Below, one piece after another: positions 1-58,729 of a stretch of DNA of 62,338 nt. The DNA is taken from the NCBI GenBank assembly GCA_002269645.1, contig NIVC01000439.1:1-62338 (forward strand), given 5' to 3'. Position 1 is the stretch's first letter. Each line of letters begins with the position of its first letter. The notes under the pieces were generated by a model that did no database searches, had not been told where the DNA came from, and saw only the letters and a program-made list of their open reading frames with translations. The translations under genes were made by a program, and so were the position numbers. Origin of the DNA: Macrostomum lignano. Taxonomy: Eukaryota.

Positions 1-44494
<44,494 letters not shown>

Positions 44495-46042
44495 TTTTCT
44501 GTACAATAATTTAGTAGATATTATGACATTAAATTTTTTTGTTGATGCCAGAAATTTTATGCCTACAAACCATGTTACTTAAACTAAAATTATTACAAGC
44601 ATGCATACATAATTTATTTGTCTATTTTTAGACAAAAATACTTAAAATTCAAAAATAAAGAATGTCAATTCCAACTTTTTTTTATAATTGTAATTTAACT
44701 TTTCCAATAATCTTTGAATTGTAAATTATAATACATTCATATAATAATTGTATATATTGCAAACAAAATTAAGGATTATTTTAACAACAAAAAAAAATAG
44801 CTAACCCCTTAATAATTTTGATGCTATATGATAAAAATCACATCAGTAAATACTTCTTTCTTCTAGGGTACAATGCACTCTGAATGTAAATTTTTGAAAG
44901 CAATTTAAAGTTCACACTGATAACACTACCACAAATCAGGGCTTCAACACTAGTCAGCCAACGAATATTGATACTATCAAGCCTGAGAGTTTAAAATAAT
45001 TTACCTTTTTTCAGCAGAAGTATTTCAATATTCTTTCCTAGTCATAAAACAGACTCAGAAAGAAAGTCTTTGCCTCGATCGATAAAAGCAATTTGTGAAA
45101 TTAGCATTAAGCATTCTAGATTTTAAACATTAAAAATATTTTGTTGCTAATGCACGATATGTATCTATAAATGCTACATGTTTATTTTGATATTTTTAAT
45201 TCAAAAACCAAAAATAGTTCGATTGCATTTAAAAATTTATTAGGTTTAGAATCTAAACTAAGCTTTTACTGCATTCTTTGTTAAAACAGTTAACAGTATA
45301 TTTTCCGGTATAACTTTAGTGTCTTCGGTTAACAACAGTCCAAAATTCCGTAAAAAGTGAAGCAGTTTGTCTGTTATCATTCTCACGGTTCTCAGCATTT
45401 TTTGTATCAGTCACAGTTTATCATAGTTTTTCTAATCATACACGTGTAAGTGCCATGAATTTCACAAATACGGATAATGGGCCACAATCTGACTACAGTT
45501 GCTGTCATGCATGTAGTGATGATCCATAGTAGTTTATACATGTAGATCTGTAGATCTGTATGCATGTAGATTAACTGATTTAGTCCCGGAATAAATAAAA
45601 ATTGAATAAAACAAACCAGAGCTTAATTTAAAAAAAGATTTCAAAATCACAAAATTATCGTATTGTCAATTAAGGAATTTACAGGTATACGAGTATTCTA
45701 TGCATTACACTGTATTTTACATATTATAACATAACTAAAAATATCAGGTGATTTTAACTAGGAAATCAATCATGACAATGACTGCAAAGACAAGTGGGAA
45801 GCGCACGCAACAGTACGTCTAAGCAAAGTTATGGCAAGGATGGGGTCAAATAGGAAAATACTCATATGACGACATATTGATTTAATTTCGAGTTGCAATA
45901 AGCAATACTTTGGAAGCTGACAGATTCGATAGGAAAATTGAAAACAAAGGATTGCAAAACAGTTCACATGGCACGCATTAAAATCTAATGTTATTTATAT
46001 TAAATTCGAATAAAAACTTAATACCAAATACTAAAATCTAGA

Positions 46043-46064
46043 ATTTATTCTTTATTCTTTATTC
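46043..46064 (-). terminator. Triple AATAAA polyadenylation signal of DEPDC5
   Basis: Minus strand reads AGAATAAAGAATAAAGAATAAA about 130 nt after the stop. Confidence 0.65.
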
Positions 46065-46193
46065 TTGGCATAGAAACCACCCGAGCTTAAACAACAGGCT
46101 GGGCCATAGACACTTGAGCTCAGGCCTGCACCCAGCACCTGTCCCGGCCCCAACACCTGCACTGGACAACAGGCTGGGCCATAGACACTGAGC

Positions 46194-46843
46194 TCAGGCC
46201 TGCACCCAACACCTGTCCCAGTAGTCTTTCAATCTATTGGCGTCGTTAGCGCAGAACCGCCTGAAATCGGCCAGCAGGCAGTCCTGGAAGTGCTCATCGC
46301 CAGTCCAGCTGCTCCGCCATCGCCTAGTGAGAATGTGATTCCAGGACCAGATGAAACCCACTGGCACGCCCTCCACTCGAGCCAGATTGGTCCCGGCCGG
46401 ACCTGCGGTGGCCTGCTGCAGGAAGCGCCTGGACTTGTCAATCAAAGTTCCGTAGCGCCTTGGCACGAGGCGCTGACTGGCGCACGGCAGCATGACCATC
46501 ATGCCGGCTGTGCAGTGGATCCACACCGGGCACATGTCCTTGACCCCGGCGCAGTCGGGCACGAAGCCGAACCTGCGCAGCAGGCAGGCCATCAACAGTT
46601 GCAGGCGCTGCGGCCGCTCGTTAGGCAGGAAGCGCTGGAACATCTGGTCAACGATGTCGGGCAGGTCGGGCCGGATGACCAGCGCCTGCAGGCGGAGCGG
46701 CACGAAGAGGCTGCCGCGCAGCGGGTCGGCGCCTGCCGGGTCCTCCGGCTCCACGTGCGGCATGGGGAACAGGTCGCAGGGGATCGGCAGCAGGTGGAAG
46801 CCGAACGAATGCGCCTTGGTGTGGTAGGAGCTGATCAGGTCGC
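46194..46843 (-). CDS. DEPDC5: DEPDC5 exon 11 (terminal)
   Basis: [27 protein letters not shown]; TGA at 46194-46196. Confidence 0.93.
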
Positions 46844-46878
46844 CTGCGGTGGTGTGGGGGGACTGGCATTGATAGATG

Positions 46879-46946
<68 letters not shown>

Positions 46947-47045
46947 CACAGACAGACAGACACACAGACAGACAGACACACAGACAGACAGACAGACAGA
47001 CAGATAGACAGACAGACAGACAGACGGACAGGCAGACAGACAGAA

Positions 47046-47102
<57 letters not shown>

Positions 47103-47135
47103 CACAGACAGACAGACACACAGACAGACAGACAC

Positions 47136-47188
<53 letters not shown>

Positions 47189-47235
47189 AAGACAGACAGA
47201 CAGACAGACAGACACTCAGACAGACAGACAGACAC

Positions 47236-47282
<47 letters not shown>

Positions 47283-49158
47283 CTAAGACAGACAGATGAC
47301 AAGGAAAGACACCGAGGTATTTTTTTAAGTTTAAAAAGAAAAAACTCTTAGTAAATAATTAGCAACTACTAGCTAGTAGTACAGGTAGGAAACAAACTCA
47401 TGCATAGCTAAAAGTGAGCAAGCAGCCTTTACAAGCGAGATGAAGTAGACAGGCGGACTGTTAGTTAACAGCACTTGGCGCAGAGCTACATGGGTGTCAG
47501 AATAAATTTACCTAGCAGTGTCTCTGCCTTAGAACCTCAGAACCCACTTCGGAGCGCATCTCTCCCCCACCCGCTCTAGCGACAGTCTCTACTCCGTTAA
47601 GTCTCGCCAAACTGGGTCGACAAACTCTTTTAAGATCTCTCTCTCCTTCTACGGGCTCGCATTGTTAAAAAATTTCGGGGCACGCAGCCACAATTAGCGG
47701 CACTCATTATTGTTCAAGTACAGTGTAAGAGAGAGAGATCTGCTAACGGGCGGGCAAAGCCTCCAAAGTCTGATTGGCTAACAACGGTAGCAACAGCAGA
47801 GAAGACAAAGGCTACTCAGGCATTATAAGCTCAAACAGAAGAGCCACACGGTAGGAAAGATACAAGCACAGAAACAGACTGTTTTGACCCAATGGAGACA
47901 GCGGCAGAAGCGCTGAAGCGGAATCTCAAGGTGGCTCTGGAGACTGCAGACAGTGAAGAGCTGCTGCGCCTGAGCTCTCGAGTCAAAAGCAACATAGACC
48001 TGACCGTGGGCGGCTACAAAGACTATCGGGATGAATACTGGCACCAATCGCTGGTCCATCACGTGACCTGCAAGCCGGTGAGCCAATCGTGCCTGGAGCT
48101 GCTGATTGACAGGCTCGGGCCCAACTGTCTGACCAGCAAAAACCAATGGGGCGACACTCCGGTGTACTACATTGCCAGGCACCAGGACGACTCCTGGATG
48201 AAGCTGGTTAAACGGAGGTGCAGCAGGAACTGCTTGAGAAGCACGGACAGATGGGGCTGGACAGTGGCTCACTTTGCTGCTACTAACGAAAGAAACAATT
48301 CTTGCCTGAAATGGCTGGCTAAAGAGCTCGGAGCGCAGTGCCTGACAGTTGCAAATCTATTTGGCAACACGGCCGTCCATTTCGCTGCTCAACATCAGGG
48401 CATCGAGTCTCTGGATTGGATTAGCAAACAGATTGGCACCAGCTGCTTCCACACCACAGGCGGCAGCAGCGATGGGACTGTAGTTCACATTGCAGCCGAG
48501 AGACCGGACAACTCAATGCTCAAATGGCTGGTGAGCAAGCTGGGCAGGAGCTGCCTGACTGTGCCCGATGCCAACGGCGACACGGCTGTACACCTGGCCG
48601 GCAGACACCAGCCAGTGGACTCGCTGCAGTTCATGTACAACCAGCTCGGAGAGGAACTGTTCAAGTTAAAGAACAATGACGGCGAGACACTGGCAGACAT
48701 TGTTGACAACCATTGCAAGCAGGGTCGGGCAGCAAAGCTGGGCTGGATCCATGGCACCTATCTGATGCTTGAAGAGAAAGCTCTGCTAGCCATGGACAAC
48801 TGAGCCAAAGACAACTGAAGCCAGATTGGAGATCGAACAAAACTTCAACTGGCGCGATTCGTTGAAAGAAAAATGTTATTTTTAATACTTTTATTACTTG
48901 ACTAATAAGCGCAACTCCGCTCTCTTTATTTGTTATTATAAATGTATATTTCTATTGCTTTTTTTACAAAATTATTTTTTATTGGCTGAATTAAAACCGA
49001 AGAAGAGCTGGACATCCTGGCCTGATGTATAATAAAACGAATTAACTGAAAAGCAAGCAAATGCTCCCTGTATTTATTTGATCCAAAGATTTCTACAATT
49101 TGTGCATATCGGAGAAATATTTCGCATCTCACAGACAGACACACAGACAGACAGACAC

Positions 49159-49193
<35 letters not shown>

Positions 49194-49212
49194 CAGACAG
49201 ACAGACAGACAC

Positions 49213-49267
<55 letters not shown>

Positions 49268-49318
49268 CACAGACAGACAGACAGACAGACAGACACAGAC
49301 AGACAGACACACAGACAC

Positions 49319-49373
<55 letters not shown>

Positions 49374-49420
49374 CACAGACAGACAGACAGACAGACACAC
49401 AGACAGACAGACAGACAGAC

Positions 49421-49455
<35 letters not shown>

Positions 49456-49456
49456 C

Positions 49457-49495
<39 letters not shown>

Positions 49496-49588
49496 CTAAG
49501 ACAGACACACAGACAGACAGACAGACACACAGACAGACAGACACACAGACAGACAGACAAACAGACAGACAAACAGACACAGACAGAC

Positions 49589-49623
<35 letters not shown>

Positions 49624-49624
49624 C

Positions 49625-49659
<35 letters not shown>

Positions 49660-49708
49660 CTAAGACAGACACACAGACAGACAGACAGACACACAGACAG
49701 ACAGACAC

Positions 49709-49743
<35 letters not shown>

Positions 49744-49744
49744 C

Positions 49745-49783
<39 letters not shown>

Positions 49784-49792
49784 CAGACAGAC

Positions 49793-49831
<39 letters not shown>

Positions 49832-49848
49832 CACAGACAGACAGACAC

Positions 49849-49879
<31 letters not shown>

Positions 49880-49954
49880 CAGACAGACACAGACAGATAC
49901 AGACAGACAGACAGACAGACAGACACACAGACAGACAGACAGGCAGACAGACAC

Positions 49955-49985
<31 letters not shown>

Positions 49986-52900
49986 GGCAGACAGAAACAC
50001 AGACAGACAGACAGACACACAGACAGAAAGTGCTCACCCAGCAGGGTGCCGGTGGCCACCAGCCAGTGCAGCTCCAGCTGGTAGGCGCAGTTGGCCTCAA
50101 AGTTGGCATGGTACTTGGTGAGGCCCCACTCAGCCCGCCGGCTGTCGGTCTGGCTGACGTCCATAATGTTGGTGCGGAAGCTGCCCCCGGGCGCCACGTA
50201 CTTGGAGCTGAAGTAGTCATCGTCGCCGGCCTCGCGCATCGGCACCAGCTCGCGCAGGAAGGCGGCCACCGGGTCGGCCAGCTCCTGCGGATCCGGCAGC
50301 GTCTCAAGGCCGACCTCGGCCCACTCTAGCTCGAAATCGCGAGTAAACGGGCCGGGTGTGATGAGGCCAGAGCTGGGGTTCGACTGCGGACCGGGGGAGG
50401 GGGAAGGAAGCTGCTTAATTACCTTTGGTTGAGTAGTGAGACTTGAGTAGCTGGACTCAAGTAGCCGGACAATATTGAGCAGCGAGACTTGAGCCGTGGG
50501 ACTTGAGCAATAGGATTTGAGCAGTGGGACTTAAGCAGCAGGACTTTGAGCATCGGAACTTGAACATCGGGACTTGAGCAGCGGGACTTGAGCAGCGGGA
50601 CTTGAGCATCGGGACTTGAACACTGGGACTTGAGCATCGGGACTTGAACAACGGGACTTGAGCATCGGGACTTGAGCATCGGGACTTGAGCATCAGAACT
50701 TTGAGCATCGGGACTTGAGCATCAGGACTTTGAGCATCGGGACTTGAACAGCGGGACTTGAGCAGCGGGACTTGAGCATCGGGACTTGAGCATCAGGACT
50801 TGAGCACCGGGACTTGAGCATCAGGACTTTGAGCATCGGGACTTAAGCAGCAGGACTTTGAGCATCGGAACTTGAACATCGGGACTTGAGCAGCGGGACT
50901 TGAGCAGCGGGACTTGAGCATCGGGACTTGAACACCGGGACTTGAGCATCGGGACTTGAACACCGGGACTTGAGCATCGGGACTTGAGCATCGGGACTTG
51001 AGCATCAGGACTTGAGCACCGGGACTTGAGCATCAGGACTTTGAGCATCGGGACTTGAGCATCAGGACTTTGAGCATCGGGACTTGAACAGCGGGACTTG
51101 AGCAGCGGGACTTGAGCAGCGGGACTTGAGCATCGGGACTTGAGCAGCGGGACTTGAGCAGCGGGACTTGAGCATCGGGACTTGAGCATCGGGACTCGAG
51201 CATCGGGACTTGAGCAGCGGGACTTGAGCATCGGGACTTGAGCATCGGGACTTGAGCAGCGGGACTTGAGCATCGGGACTAAACTGGAAAGCATTCTCAG
51301 CTCACCACAAGCTTCGGATCCATGGAGTACAGATAAAAGCCATAGACAAACTGCTGCGGCTGCGTCTTGGCCGAGGCGTGCACAACCAGGCCCTCCTTGA
51401 CCATGGTGGCCATGAAGAAGCAGGCGCTCTCGTGGCTGCTGACGTTCTCCACCCTGTCCATCACCCAGGCGACGGCCTCGGCCGACACGAACGTGTAGCT
51501 GGGAAACCCGTGCGTAGGCAGGAAGTTCAGCCCCGTGCCGGGCTCCTGCATCGCTCGGGCGGCTTCAATAAATCGAGTAGAGCCGTGCAGTCGGCGACTT
51601 GCGGCCACCGAGGACGAGATGCTGGAATCGTCGCCCAGCTGCTGCTGCTGCTGCTGCAACGGTGTGGGCGTCAGGTGGCCTGAAGGGGGGATTGGGAAGA
51701 GTCATTAGGTAGGGCAGTTGGAATTGGTCACTGAATTGGTCACTGAAATTACAGCTAAATTGGTCACTGAAATTACAGCTAAATTTTTCAGTGAAATGGC
51801 CAATGGAGACTAACCAGATCGAATTGTCCCAACCCCGACGCCGACTGAGACGGTGTCGGCGCGCTGTCGCATATCGGCAAGTTCGGCGGCAGCCTGCGGC
51901 GGCATCAGGTTGGCCCGGGTGACCTTTCTAGCAGTCAGATTTGGCCGGCGCAAGCGATTAAACAGTTCCGCGTATCTGGCAAAGTTCTCGTGCAACTTTT
52001 TCAATTCTTCGAAGCCTTTCTGTTCGTAGATGTCCGTGCGAGGCAGGGACTGGCCGGCGGAGTCGGCCAGCTGTTCAATGATTCGCTTCGTGGCCGGGTT
52101 GTTGTACGGCAGTAGCACGTAGCGGCATCGCCAGGGCTTCAATAACGGGTCCAACTCTTGGATAGAGGCTGTCTGCAATTTGGCGAAGCAAAGAGCGAGT
52201 GTACAATGGGGTGGTGGTGCTGGGGCAGAGAGGGAGCGAGTGGACATTGGGGATTGGGGTGGTGGTGCTGGGTAGAGAGGGAGCGAGTGTACATTTGGGG
52301 TGGTGGTGCTGGGGTAGAGAGGGAGCGAGTGTACATTGGGGAGGGTGGTGCTGGGGCAGAGAAGGAGCGAGTGTACATTTGAATAGTGGCGCTGGGGCAG
52401 AGAGGGAGAGAGTGTACATTGGGATGTTTGTGTTGGGGCAGAGAGGGAGCGAGTGTACATTGGGATGTTTGTGTTGGGGCAGAGAGGGAGCGAGTGTACA
52501 TTGGGGATTGGGTGGTGGTGCAGGGTTAGAAAGGCAGGAGTGTACATTGGGGTGGGTACACTTACACTACACTTGTAGCCATAGTTGCCGTGACCCCGCT
52601 CCAGTATGTGATAGTCCAAATGATTCCATTTGTAATTCTCAATCCGTTCCAGAGTGAAATGGCATTCAGCCCGGTAGAACTCCAGCGAGTCCGGCACCTG
52701 CAGCCGGTACAGGTGACGATAGCGGATGTCCCGTTCGGTGAATTTGGACTTTAGCGTGTGCACGAATATGGTGTGCTGACTGGCACTGGTTCGCTCCAGC
52801 CGGATTCGATGGAAAATTCTTCCAATGCTCAGCCGGTGCTCTGGGTAGTCCGGCTTCTGTAGCAGATTCTTCAGGTGGGCCCGGCCTGCCGCGCTGCTGG

Positions 52901-55900
52901 CAGCGGTGGCGGCGGAGGTCACGGCGAAAGCGGTGGGGCTGGCCGGAGCCGCTGGCGGTACAGTTAGGGAGGAGCGAACCCGGGACGAAGCCGGCGGTGG
53001 GAGCACCAGCTGGAAGCCCTGACCAAGGCGCTGCATCAGTAGCTCTTCGAATGCCTACGGTTGAAGATGATTTTTAATTGAATGTCGTTTCGATACATAT
53101 CGGCCAGATACTAAAAGGGGATTAACTTGTTTTTTTCGATACATATCGGCTAAATACTAAAAAAGAATAACTTTTTTATCGATACACATCGGCCAGATAC
53201 TAAAAGAGGATTAACTTGTTATTTCGATACATATCGGCTAAATACTAAAAGGGAATTAACTTTTTTCGATACATATCGGCTAAATACTAAAAGGGAATAA
53301 TCTAGTCATTTTTCTAGTCACATATCGGCCAGATACTGAAGGGGAATTAACTTATTATTTCGATACATATCGGCTAGACACTAAACAGAAATAAGCCTTT
53401 TTTCGATACATATCGGTCAAGCAAAAAAGCTTTACTACCTTCTCGGCGGAGAGCGGCTGCCGCATATAGTATCTCTCCCGCTCCGTGGCCCGATCGTAGC
53501 TCTCCCTGTATTCGTCAATGGTCACGGTCAGGTCCAGCTGATAGGTGGTGGTGCTGAATGGTGACGAATCCGCGCCTGGATCAGCCGACACGGCTGCCGG
53601 CTGTTGCGACTCTTTCGGAAAGAATTCCGTAGTTAAAGGAAGACAGAGCGGCATCATGAGGGTCTTCCAGTCCATGCCAATCGGTCGCAGGAAGCTTTCA
53701 ACGCCGCCATCGTCATCGGCTGTGGGCTCGGAGATGTCGGTGCCGCTGGTGATGCTAGGCGAGTCTAGCTGCTGCTGCTGTTGAAGGTCGTGCAGCGGCA
53801 GACTGGACGGCACCTGCTGCTGATCGGAAATCGACAGTTTGGAAGCTTCGCCATCGCCGAAGTGCTCCAATTCATCGTCTCTGTGGTTGCCGTTGGCGTC
53901 ATCGTCGTGAGCTCGAGAGGATGGCGAACTGCGGCCGCTGGCTCTGAGGTGTGATAATATGCAACTATGGTTAACAACTTCATTTGTAGGAGTGAGAATC
54001 AACTGAGAAATTGATTCTCCCTACATGTAGAAGAATCCAACAGGGAAATCTCCATAGGAGAATCCAACAGGGGAATCCCCATAAGAGAGTCTACCATGGG
54101 AATCCCCCAAGAGAATCCAACAGAGGAACCCCCTTAAGGAGAATCAAATAGGGAAGTCCCTCAAGAGAATCCAACATGGGAACCTCCAAAGAGAATCCAA
54201 CATGTGGATCCCCTCAAGAGAATCCAACATGTGGATCCCCTCAAGAGAATCCAACAGGGGAATCCCCTCAAGAGAATCCAACATGGGGAATCTGCTTAAA
54301 AGAATCCAACAGGGGAATCCCTTGAAAAAGGACCACATATAGCTGCGGCAGAACGGCATGGCAACCCTAGACAGTGAATCTGCAAACCTGGAAGGCGTGG
54401 ACATAGCGGTAGTCAGCTGACTGGGAGACACGGCTGGACTCGATGGCGCCGACTCTTCGACGAGCTGGAAGGACACGTGCAGCTGCTGCTGCTGCTGCGC
54501 AGTGACAATGTCGCCGCCGCCACTGTTCTGCCGCGACAGCGCCGATGGGGGCGCCGATACTGAGGACGGCGAGGAAGACAATTGCGCGAACGACTGCAGC
54601 GGCGTCGGCGGCGGGGCTGGCGGCGGCAACTGCTGCGGCGGCACCTGCTGCTGGACAGCAACCAGGTTACCGGGAGCGGCTAGATCTGGTCGCTTTCCCT
54701 GTTTTGAAAGAAGAAGCTGCTTCTGCTGCTGTTGTTGTTGCTGCTGTTGATGTTGCTGCCGCTGATGCCGCCGTTGCTGCAGAACCCGATGCTGCTGTTG
54801 GCCGCGGTGCTGAGACCGCGGCGAAGAAGCGCCGGAGCCGGCAGCAGTGACGCCGGTCGGCGGAGGCTCCGGGAAGGCGTGCATCCAACGGCGCCGATTG
54901 GCCGTCACCCGCTGCTGCTGGTTGTTCAAGCGGCTGGCAGCGAACGGGTTCACCAGGGCTTTGCGGGGCACAAAGCTGCGACTGGTGAGGTGGTGCACCG
55001 GAACCTCCTGCGGCGGCGAGTGAGGAGCAATGACAATTGGTGACATACAATGCCAGCGTGACCCAAATCACAGCTACCTACTGACAAACACAAGGTACCC
55101 CAATACCCACAGACAAGGTGTAATGGTTTTATTCCTTGCCTTATTGGCAGTCATTGAACTGGTATCGTATTGACAAATATTTTGCTGAATAATTGTAATG
55201 TACGTTCGCTCTCTCTATGTACATCGTTGACTCGCATAAATATAGCCATCACTGCCGCACGGGGCCTTCGTTGATATTTACACTGCCAAATACTGCGCGC
55301 TACAAAGGTACCCCAATACCCACAGACAAGGTACCCCAATACCCACTGACAAGGTACCCCAATACCCACTGACAAGGTACCCCAATACCCACTGACAAGG
55401 TATCCCTAATACCCACTTACAAGGTACCCCAATACCTGCTGGCAACGTACCCTAAGCACCTGCTGACAAATCACCCACCCACCTGTGAGCCGACTTTTAG
55501 CCGCGCCGGCTGTCCCCGCGGGCCGTCCGCTCCAACACCGACGCCAACAGTGCCGGTCCCAAAGTCGGCGTCCTCGCAGGAGCCGCTGGCGGCCGCGGCA
55601 GCCGATGTGGCGGATAGCGAGTCGTCAGAATTCGACAGCCGCATGCTGGACAGTCGGGCAGACCGACGCTTCTGCTGATACGGAATGACGACGCCGGCAT
55701 CTTCGACAGCGGCGTCGGCACCAGTCAGCTTGCCGCGAAAGGAGATGCCGCGAGACCTAGGCGGCTGCGAGGCTGGAGGTTGATGCGACAGCAGCTGGGA
55801 CTGAGGCGGCGAGGCGGCAATGCTGCTGCCAGACGGAATTGTTGGCTGGTTCGGGTGATGGCTGATGGCCCGTTGGAAACTCACTTTACCTTGGCGCTCG

Positions 55901-58693
55901 GTGCCCCAGGGCGTAGGGCGGGACTTGCCAAAGCTGAATATCGCCTCGTCGTAGGCGTCCAAATCGAATGCGAGACGATTGCGCGAAGGCGCCAGCTTGT
56001 ACTCCGGGTAGCCTGAGTGCCGGTGTTCGGTAGGAAAGCTGCGCATCGCTGGCATCGCACTTCCTAACCAGCTGCTCGAATTGGCTAGTCTAATTACAAC
56101 TCTAATCTCCTCTCATTGGTCAGCTTAGAGCCCACAAACCTTCATTGTCCTTCCTCTCATTGGCCAGCCCGCACACTGCTTCTCTCATTGGCCAGCCCAC
56201 ACACTCCTTCTCTTATTGGCCAGCCCACACACTTCTCTCATTGGCCAGCCCACCCACTTCTCTCATTGGCCAGCCCACACACTTCTCATTGGCCAGCCCA
56301 CACACTCATCCTCTCATTGGCCAGCCCACACACTCCTTCTCTCATTGGCCAGCCCGCACTTACCGTCCCCGTCAGTCGGGCCCTCCCCATCGGCGTATCT
56401 AATTTGAATTCTCGGCACAAAGCCGCACGAGTGCAGAGCCAGCATTTCGCTAGGCGACCGATAGAAATGATGATTAATCCAATGCGGTATGTTGTAGGTG
56501 TCGCCCAGATCAACGTCGCTGTGAGACTTGCGTATGAATCTCAGCAGAGGCACAGCGTGCAGCGGCTGCTCTCCCAAACAGATTAGATCAATACTGACTC
56601 CCAGATCCAGAATCCTCTGCTTAGTCAGATTCATCAATTCTCTATCAACTTCGAATATTCCCTGACCGGGCGTTATTACAAAACAGTTCTTCCCGGTTCG
56701 ATCGAAATTCCTATCAATATAGTACTTCTGGTAGTGATTCAAGGTCATGTTCAGAGTCTCCAAGAAGCTGCCACGAGATGCCGGCATCAGGGTAGCCGGC
56801 GGCGGCGATACCTTCTGAGTTAATTTGTCAGCATAGAAATTTTTAACCGAATTTCCGTACTCTTTAAATATGCTTTTCAATTCGGTCAGCACAGAGGCCC
56901 ATTCGTCAGTCATGTAGCGCTCGTTTTGAACTACAACTCTGTAGAAATCTTCGTATAGTAAAGTGCCGCCATTGAACTGGGCCTTCTGCACTGTGCCACT
57001 GCTGCGCATGGTCTCGGGTAGCGAGTTGAAGCCACCGGCGGCGTGGTACTGCACCCGGCTGAATAGTACAATTGTCACGTCGTGACAGCACGCCTGCGCA
57101 GGAATTTTACACGGAATTCTATTTCGACATGAAAATAAATAGAATTAAAGATAAGCGGCATTTTATCACACAGATCATAGGGAACCGGCAGTCCATCACA
57201 CAGGTCATAGGGAACCGGCAGTCCATCACACAGGTCATAGGGAACCGGCAGTCCATCACACAGATCATAGGGAACCGGCAGTCCATCACACAGGTCATAG
57301 GGAACCGGCAGTCCATCACACAGATCATAGGGAACCGGCAGTCCATCACACAGGTCATAGGGAACCGGCAGTCCATCACACAGGTCATAGGGAACCGGCA
57401 GTCCATCACACAGGTCATAGGGAACCGGCAGTCCATCACACAGATCATAGGGAACCGGCAGTCCATCACACAGACCTCAGTACACTTACAAACAAAGACC
57501 TTCAGACCAACAGTGCGTCCTCACCTGCTTGCCCCAGCGCGAGAACAGCTCGGGCAGGAAGCCGGAAACGCACTTTTCAAAGTACAGATCGCCAAATGGA
57601 TCAAATTGCCACATCTCTTCAGACATCTGTATGAAGATGTGCACAACTGAGCTAGTTGATCTGTACACAAATCTGGTGTGCTGGCCAACGAAGCCGCAGG
57701 ATGTCCCAGTGCCATTGCGCCACATCAGGCCCACGGTACCCGCGGGCTGCCCAAGAATTCCAGCTTTTTGCCTTCGTACAGGGCACACTGCCGCTGCGAC
57801 TCGGCGAACTGGTAGAAATCACCGCGGCCAAGGTAGACATCTTTGATTATTATTTCCACTAGGTCTACGGTCACGCATTCCTGCGACACCTGCCGAACTT
57901 GCACTTCCTGGGAAGGAAGGTTGGATAATTATGAGAACAGCCCCCAGATACCAGACAGAACAGCCCCCCCCCTTCCAGATACCAGACAGAACAGCCCCCC
58001 CCTTCCAGATACCAGACAGAACAGCCCCCCCCCCTCCCAGATACCAGACAGAACAGCCCCCCCCCCAGATACCAGACAGAACAGCCCCCCCCTCCCAGAT
58101 ACCAGACAGAACAGCCCCCCCCCAGATACCAGACAGAACAGCCCCCCCTCCCAGATACCAGACAGAACAGCCCCCCCCTCCCAGATACCAGACAGAACAG
58201 CCCCCCCCCTCCCAGACAGAACAGCCCTCCCTCCCAGATACCAGACAGAACAGCCCCCTCCCAGATACCAGACAGAACAGCCCCCCCCAGATATCAGACA
58301 GAACAGCCCCCCCCCCAGATACCAGACAGAACAGCCCCCCCCCCAGATACCAGACAGAACAGCCCCCCCCCAGATACCAGACAGAACAGCCCCCCCCCCA
58401 GATACCAGACAGAACAGCCCCCCCTCCCAGATACCAGACAGAACAGCCATCGAACCTGGAACTTCTTGAGGCCAAAATTCGAAGCTAGCGCAGTATCCAA
58501 GCTGATGGAGTCCTTCTGGGCAAAGTCGTCTTTCAGACACCGAATCTGCACCAGAAAGGCGGCCTTCTGCCCGCCAGTTGGTGGAATAATTTCTAACAAG
58601 CCGCCGGAACGCAGTTCCGGGAACTCTCGCGGATTAACCAGCACTTCATCGTCTATTGAAGACGATTGTTGTTGTTGCTGCTGCTGCTGTTGT

Positions 58694-58729
<36 letters not shown>

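Noticed and set aside
47633-47741. 13-bp inverted repeat AGATCTCTCTCTC upstream of the ankyrin gene as a TIR
   Set aside because: Low-complexity GAGA tract, no TSD, internal to the cassette
46194-50307. (QTDR)n and (CLSV)n ORFs
   Set aside because: (GACA)n microsatellite translations; only the embedded DEPDC5 exons and the ankyrin ORF are real
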